DNA of 55,873 nt, filler included, from Platydemus manokwari (lineage: Eukaryota), in assembly GCA_037951405.1 (NCBI GenBank). It is 5 parts of 5 records of this genome, joined end to end, with 100 filler letters (N's around TTAATTAATTAA, not from the genome) between each part and the next. Parts side by side here need not be neighbours in the genome. Positions count along the whole stretch, not along the records: positions 46,185 to 55,873 come from JBBMOY011217655.1; 4 more parts are not named here. One strand, written 5' to 3'. The position numbers were made by a program, and so were the translations under genes. Shown piece after piece: positions 50,021 to 55,873 of the stretch (positions are counted from its first letter, which is position 1; each line of letters starts with the position of its first letter). The notes beneath the pieces are model-generated. The model was not told the DNA's origin and ran no database searches. It saw only the letters and a program-made list of their open reading frames with translations.

Positions 50021-53000
50021 CTCCCTCAACAGATATATTTGGTTTATTTGTACATTTGTATTGACTTCACATTCAATATCTATGGTGTTTTCTGGTTTTA
50101 TGTGTTACAGGTTATGTGACCAGAAAATGGGTTTCTTTGTAAAATTATAGATAATGTGGAAAACAATAAATGAAATTAGATTTCAATTCAGAAAACTGTA
50201 ACTCATTTTAAATAAATTTAAATAAAAAATATTAAAAATTTCATTTTTGACTTCATCAATTAGAATCGAGTACAGAAATCCCGGACCATTGTTGAGACTG
50301 CAGTATTATATTCACGAGAATTTTATCTCAAGATATATTATTATTACTTTTTTATTGATTTTTACCATAATATTATATCCCGAAAAATAATCACAGATGG
50401 TTTTTACCGTCTGCTGAACGTCATAAAATTAGTCCTTTCATCTCAATCCGTTATTCGTATAATGATATCATATTGAATCTAACAAACTTCAATTACATAG
50501 ATCTGTCTATCTCACAGTTTAGATGAAAATCACATTTGTTCTAAAATTTGTAGACAAAACTTCTTCAAATTTCTTATCAAAAAACTTGAACAAATTTTCA
50601 TAGCAAACTCTAAAAGCCATAAGTTGTTTGATTATAATCAGTTACTTAAGAGACTTAAATGATTCAAAAATGATGCGTATGTCGAGTAGGTAAAAACATA
50701 AACTTTTAAAAAATAATTAAAAAATTCTAAATAAATATACTTAGAAATATTCTAAAAGAAAATCATTAATAATTGGCTTAAATCAAAATATAAATATTAA
50801 TAAAATATTCGAGAACGATTTGTATAAATTAATCAATGTAATAATGTGTGTATGGATATTATAAAAAGAGCACATTTTGACAACAGTGGCCAGTCTGTTT
50901 GGTCGATAACTTCAGTGCTTAGCTTATATGTGGTTTTAGTAATCAGTCTTCTTGATTACTCTTTATTCTGTTTTGACTTTCGAAGGTGATCCCGTCTTGA
51001 GTGATTTACTTTGTGAATTGTGTAAAGATTTGCTGTTGATGTGGTTGAGACTTTGAGTTTAGTATTTTAGTTAATACAAATTTTCATATCTAAATTGTTG
51101 ATTGATAACCCAATACATGTTATACGACAGTTGGAGTTTATCAGAAAATAAAAAAACCTTTCACAAAATAACTGAACCAGGATACTAATTCAGTTAAGAA
51201 CTATTATAATGAAAAAATTTTTAAGCAATTTTTTATATTTCTGAACAAGAAAATTATATTTCAAAGCTATTAACAAAGAAATTGTTTTAAACCTGGTTAA
51301 ATCTGTGTGCATAAAAATTTATTAATATAAATACTATTTTTTGTGTACTGAGTATGAAATATTTTTATATTAAACATATAATTGGAATAATTTAAAAAAT
51401 AGTCTCGTAGGAAAATGTCCAATCTCAAATTTGAAAAGTATTTTAATTCTACATATATTTCCAAACACAATTCATAAGGAATATAGTTTCTGAAAATGAT
51501 ATTTATTCGTCATTAAAGTGAACATTTTTCGTCAAATTCAGCTCACATCTGTTTCATGTGACTACGATTTGATAATAGATCAAATGCAATTTTCCCGCTT
51601 TATAATAGCCTAAAATAGAATTAACTAGGAATTTCAAACTCAACAAACAGAACAACATTAATAAAAGCGATCAATTCTAATATTTAACCAGTTGTCGTAT
51701 TCATTATTCGTCAATTCTGTTATCAATCTTTTAATAGATTTGAACTACTGAATGACAGGAGAATAACAGGAGAATTCTGGTCAGACTTGTAAAGAACCGT
51801 CAACCTAAAAGTGTGGAAAAGTCCCTGATAATTTCTGACATAACACATGATTTTGTAATAAATTTTGAATTATTATTATTAATATAAGTTTTTTTAATAA
51901 AATAAAGTTGATATTAAATAGGAGAACCTAGGAGACACTGAATTACTAACAAATATTCACAATGGTTCTCTTAATTGGTACGGATGTTAAAAATTTTATT
52001 TTTATTTTCAATATTGCGGACTATCGTGATAACCACTCTGTGGAGATATCATTATTACACTTTATTTCCCAATAATCTTCCAATGGGTATTGTTCATTAA
52101 AACAATAGTTGTTTAATACAACAACCATTGATTTGTTACTCCACATTCCTCTCATTAGTTCCTTGATTTTATGGTAATTAATTGCTGTGAATTTCGTTCA
52201 TAATTTGAATCAGGGTTTCAAGAAATTACGTGACTCGGAGATACTATTTTTGTGAAAGCGACAAATAGAGCGGCTAATTCAAACGATTTATTAAAATACG
52301 ATCAAGAAAATAAAAATAACAGATATGGACAAAGCAGAGATGAATTATTTCCCAATGTGTTTATTTCATATTTCCGCGTGTGTCCTTTATTCACTGGAGT
52401 GGAAATAACTCATTGTTTATAATTTATTTATTCATCTGTACAAATGCAATGTGATGGCCTGCTCAATTAATGTGGTTGACGAAATATTCAACAAACATAA
52501 CTGAATATTTCATAACGAATTATTTCTGTCAAGCATCTCGATTATTTTATATTCAATTTAAAATATCTTGATTCTCGATTTTTGCAATTGATATTATTAT
52601 TAATGTAATTATATCTTAAAATAGAGGCTTTAAAAATAAGTATTTAGACCGATTTTGGGATTTCAAATTCTTAATTCCCCAATATATACATTCAGTGTAT
52701 AATTCAAACTGTAATAAGAACGCTGAATCAAGTCATTGATATATAATCAATTATAGTAACTAGAGTTTATAATCACTTTATTATTAATGTTTAAAAATTT
52801 TCAGAGAAAACATCATAAGTTCTAAACATAACAAAATTTTGGTTTATAATTTTATCAGGAAGTTAATTTAAAATTTAATCAAATTATTTCTGGGCAACTA
52901 AAAACTTTGGTTAAAGTTAAAATAAAGGGTTCTAAAATGAAATTTTAAATTTGCTCAGTGTATTGCAAAATTCTATATAGTTTATTTAATTATATTCTTT

Positions 53001-55084
53001 AGAAACGTTGAATTTTTGTAGTTAACTCAATCGATTTATCATTATAAAAATTTAAATTTAAAAACTCAAATAATCATATAGAATTGTTGTGATTAGAATG
53101 TAAACTTGATTTTAAAACTATGTTAGGTCACTATTAGACCTCTTAAAAAAATGAGATATTGACTGAATCATACGAATTTATCATGCATCGCAATTATTTA
53201 TAAAATTAAGTTATAAAATTATTTCATGCACGAAATTTCATTATAAGGAAAGTAGGTCAAAGGAACCTTTTTCTTAACTTAAGCCAAAACTTTTAATTCA
53301 AACTTTATACGATTTAGTTTAAATTGAATATCATAAACTAATATTAAAAAGAATCGTTTAAATATTTTTGAAATATTATAGGGTTTTATTAAAAATAATT
53401 ACAAGCTAAATGTAATATTAAAATTCAATTTAAAAAATTATAAGATTAAAATAATGTTTTTTGAAAAAACCTATTATTAAAGTCACAACGGATTTATTAA
53501 ACTAATAAATTCCAACTTTAAAATAATATCTTTATCAAAAATAAATTTAAATTCGTTTACTGAATAGATATTGATAAAAATATTATCAGAAATTTAATTT
53601 TAATTATATATTATTACGAGATTAAACCAATAAATATAGTTTGACAAATATAAAATTATAATTTTAGCCAAATTCGATGTTTATTTCTGAAGAATATTTC
53701 TCTACAAAACTCTTTCAACTTATCAGCTTTCATAATGAATGGTTGGTCAATTGTGAAACGAAATAGACATGAAATATTTCATCAAAAAACTGAAACTGGA
53801 AATTAGACTCGTTCATGATATTCGTTTTTTGAAATCGACCTGTGAAGTTTAGCCAGATCTAATTTTATGTTGTCTTGTTTTAATTTCAATTTTTCCGTTT
53901 ATATAAAAATAATAATATTAATAACAATTATTCTTAGCACTATTATTAAAACAAATTCATGCTGAGGCAAAATAAGTTCATTGATAATTTAATATTTCAC
54001 AAAAAAACAAAATTTTTAAAAAATCCAAGGACAATCAGAAATAGACATTTTCGATTTATGTTGAATTCTTTTGAAATGTTCTGTCGAAATGGCACTTTTA
54101 CATTTTCATTCAAATCTTCAATAATAATCCCACATATTTAAATAAATATTTTGTTTCAAATTTTGATTTTAATTTAATTCAATTGTTGCTTTGTAGAATA
54201 TATTTTTCTTTCGAATTTGCTCGTTAGATTGATTATATTTTTTTTTCAATTCATGTACTTATTAATTTTCAAATTAATTGGGCTTGTTGTCACGCAATTT
54301 GCTATAAAAAATTAATGTAAAATTATAGTTAAGAAATGAAAAGTAAATTTCAGAAACAAAATTTCAGAAATCAATTATAATTAATACATTTGTTTCAATG
54401 TAGATACACGAAAAAATTCTAGTTTGGTGCTAATTTATAATGTAATCCAGTAATATACATACACATAAATGTTTGTATAATATTATACTGATCTTCGTAA
54501 ACATGTGTGTATTAGGATGACACACAAAAAATGGGTTAGAAAATAAAATGCATATCAGATAAACAACTTGGACTTGATCTAAATAAGCTAAACAAGATCA
54601 TAAGCTTTTAAATGCTACTTACAATATTGTAAAGCCAATTTTCTAATTACGATGAGATAAATTAATATATCCGAAATATTGATTTTAAATTTTGAATTCA
54701 TATATTTGATTTTAAAAGACATCATTTATTGTAATAGCAATAAGGAGGAAGATTTATTCAGTTTTCATGTCAACAATAGCCAAATTATACAGACTCAAAC
54801 TCTACTACGAAAAAATACCGGAATATTCAATACAAAGCGAGCTTTTATTAAAACTTTGTTAAGATAAAGTTGAGAATTGTTGAGGAAGCATGGTTTCTCA
54901 TCAAATCTCTTATGTAGGCATAGTCGAAAATCGATAGCGAATTCATAATCAGCTCTCAAACATCTAAGACATAGCCAGTAATGCTCTGGGCCGGGGGACG
55001 AAGTTCTATCGAAAGTTTTATGGTGATATTAAGAGGAGTAGATATTGGAACAGAACAAGTAAGGCTTTGATTGATAGAAAGGTA

Positions 55085-55145
55085 CTGTGCATAATACTGA
55101 CATGTGATGAATCTTGAATTATAATAAATTATGATAATGTGGAAT
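55085..55145 (+). mobile_element. Possible mariner transposase fragment
   Basis: IILTCDES*IIINYDNV resembles the IxTxDExWxxYDN first catalytic motif. Confidence 0.3.
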
Positions 55146-55873
55146 CTGATATCAATAATCGAATTCGTGACCACCACAGTTAAAGGAAATTAGGTATTCT
55201 ATATTTTCGATTAAAGCAAATATCGAAATAAATAAAATCCATTAAAAATGTCAGCTAGATAAATTAAATGGATTTGAATATCGAATGAAATAAATCAAAG
55301 ACTTTTCTGAATAAATATAAATCATATTGAATTAATCATGAAACCACAACCCATGTTTATAAGTAAGAGTGTTGAGTTGAAAAGTGAGAAACTAATTGGG
55401 CTGAAACCCCATTTGAAAAACGAAATAAAACAAATTTTTAAACCTTTGACAACTAGGTTACTTTATCAATGATTGAGAAACATTAATAATATAGTTTGAT
55501 GGTTATCTATAAGATTTTTATCGTAAATTCATCGCTTATAACATCTATTGCTCCAATTTTTTCGCATTTCTCACAAAGGCAATCGGTTGTATTATTTCAA
55601 ATTTATCGTGTGCGCTGTTTTGTATGTTTGATGTGTTTATTGAAACAATTTATTAAGATTGTTATTGTTTTTAGTTATTAAAATTTCAAAGATAAATAAT
55701 AGAACCTGAATTTCTCATAAATCGAATCGAATATAAAGTACAGTTATTGTTAATAGAATTTATATTAGTGAATAAACTAAACAATTCTTAGTTAAGTTTG
55801 ATTTAAAGAATTTTTATCATTTTGAAATTTTATATTTATGTAGAAATCGAACACAATAAGTATATAAAATAAA

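Noticed and set aside
50837-51129. LTR-like segment TGTAAT...ACGACA
   Set aside because: Flanks ATCAA and GTTGG do not form a TSD and no partner was found; plausible but unsupported.

Overview
This is very AT-rich eukaryotic DNA with ~45-55 nt GT-AG introns; the style fits a triclad flatworm, but that is inference only. It consists of five contigs joined by 100-nt N spacers carrying TTAATTAATTAA. Host genes: the first two coding exons of a TAO kinase, a complete 12-exon polypyrimidine-tract-binding protein (PTB) gene (~538 aa), and a 2-exon secreted single-IGFBP-domain gene. The PTB gene keeps the 34-nt RRM3 cassette exon, a long AG-free upstream zone and flanking UCUU motifs, the architecture of vertebrate PTB autoregulation. 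Most other sequence is mobile DNA: a Buster-type hAT transposon, two Tc1/mariner-type TIR elements, a complete miniature LTR element (TRIM with LTRs, PBS, PPT and TSD) and several Gypsy remnants. There is also a ~7 kb decayed Polinton/Maverick (adintovirus-like) provirus with integrase, major and minor capsid, protease, a probable fibre and a membrane-protein gene. Weaker signals are two degenerate hammerhead-like motifs and a GC-rich structured island. All family assignments come from remembered motifs, not database searches.
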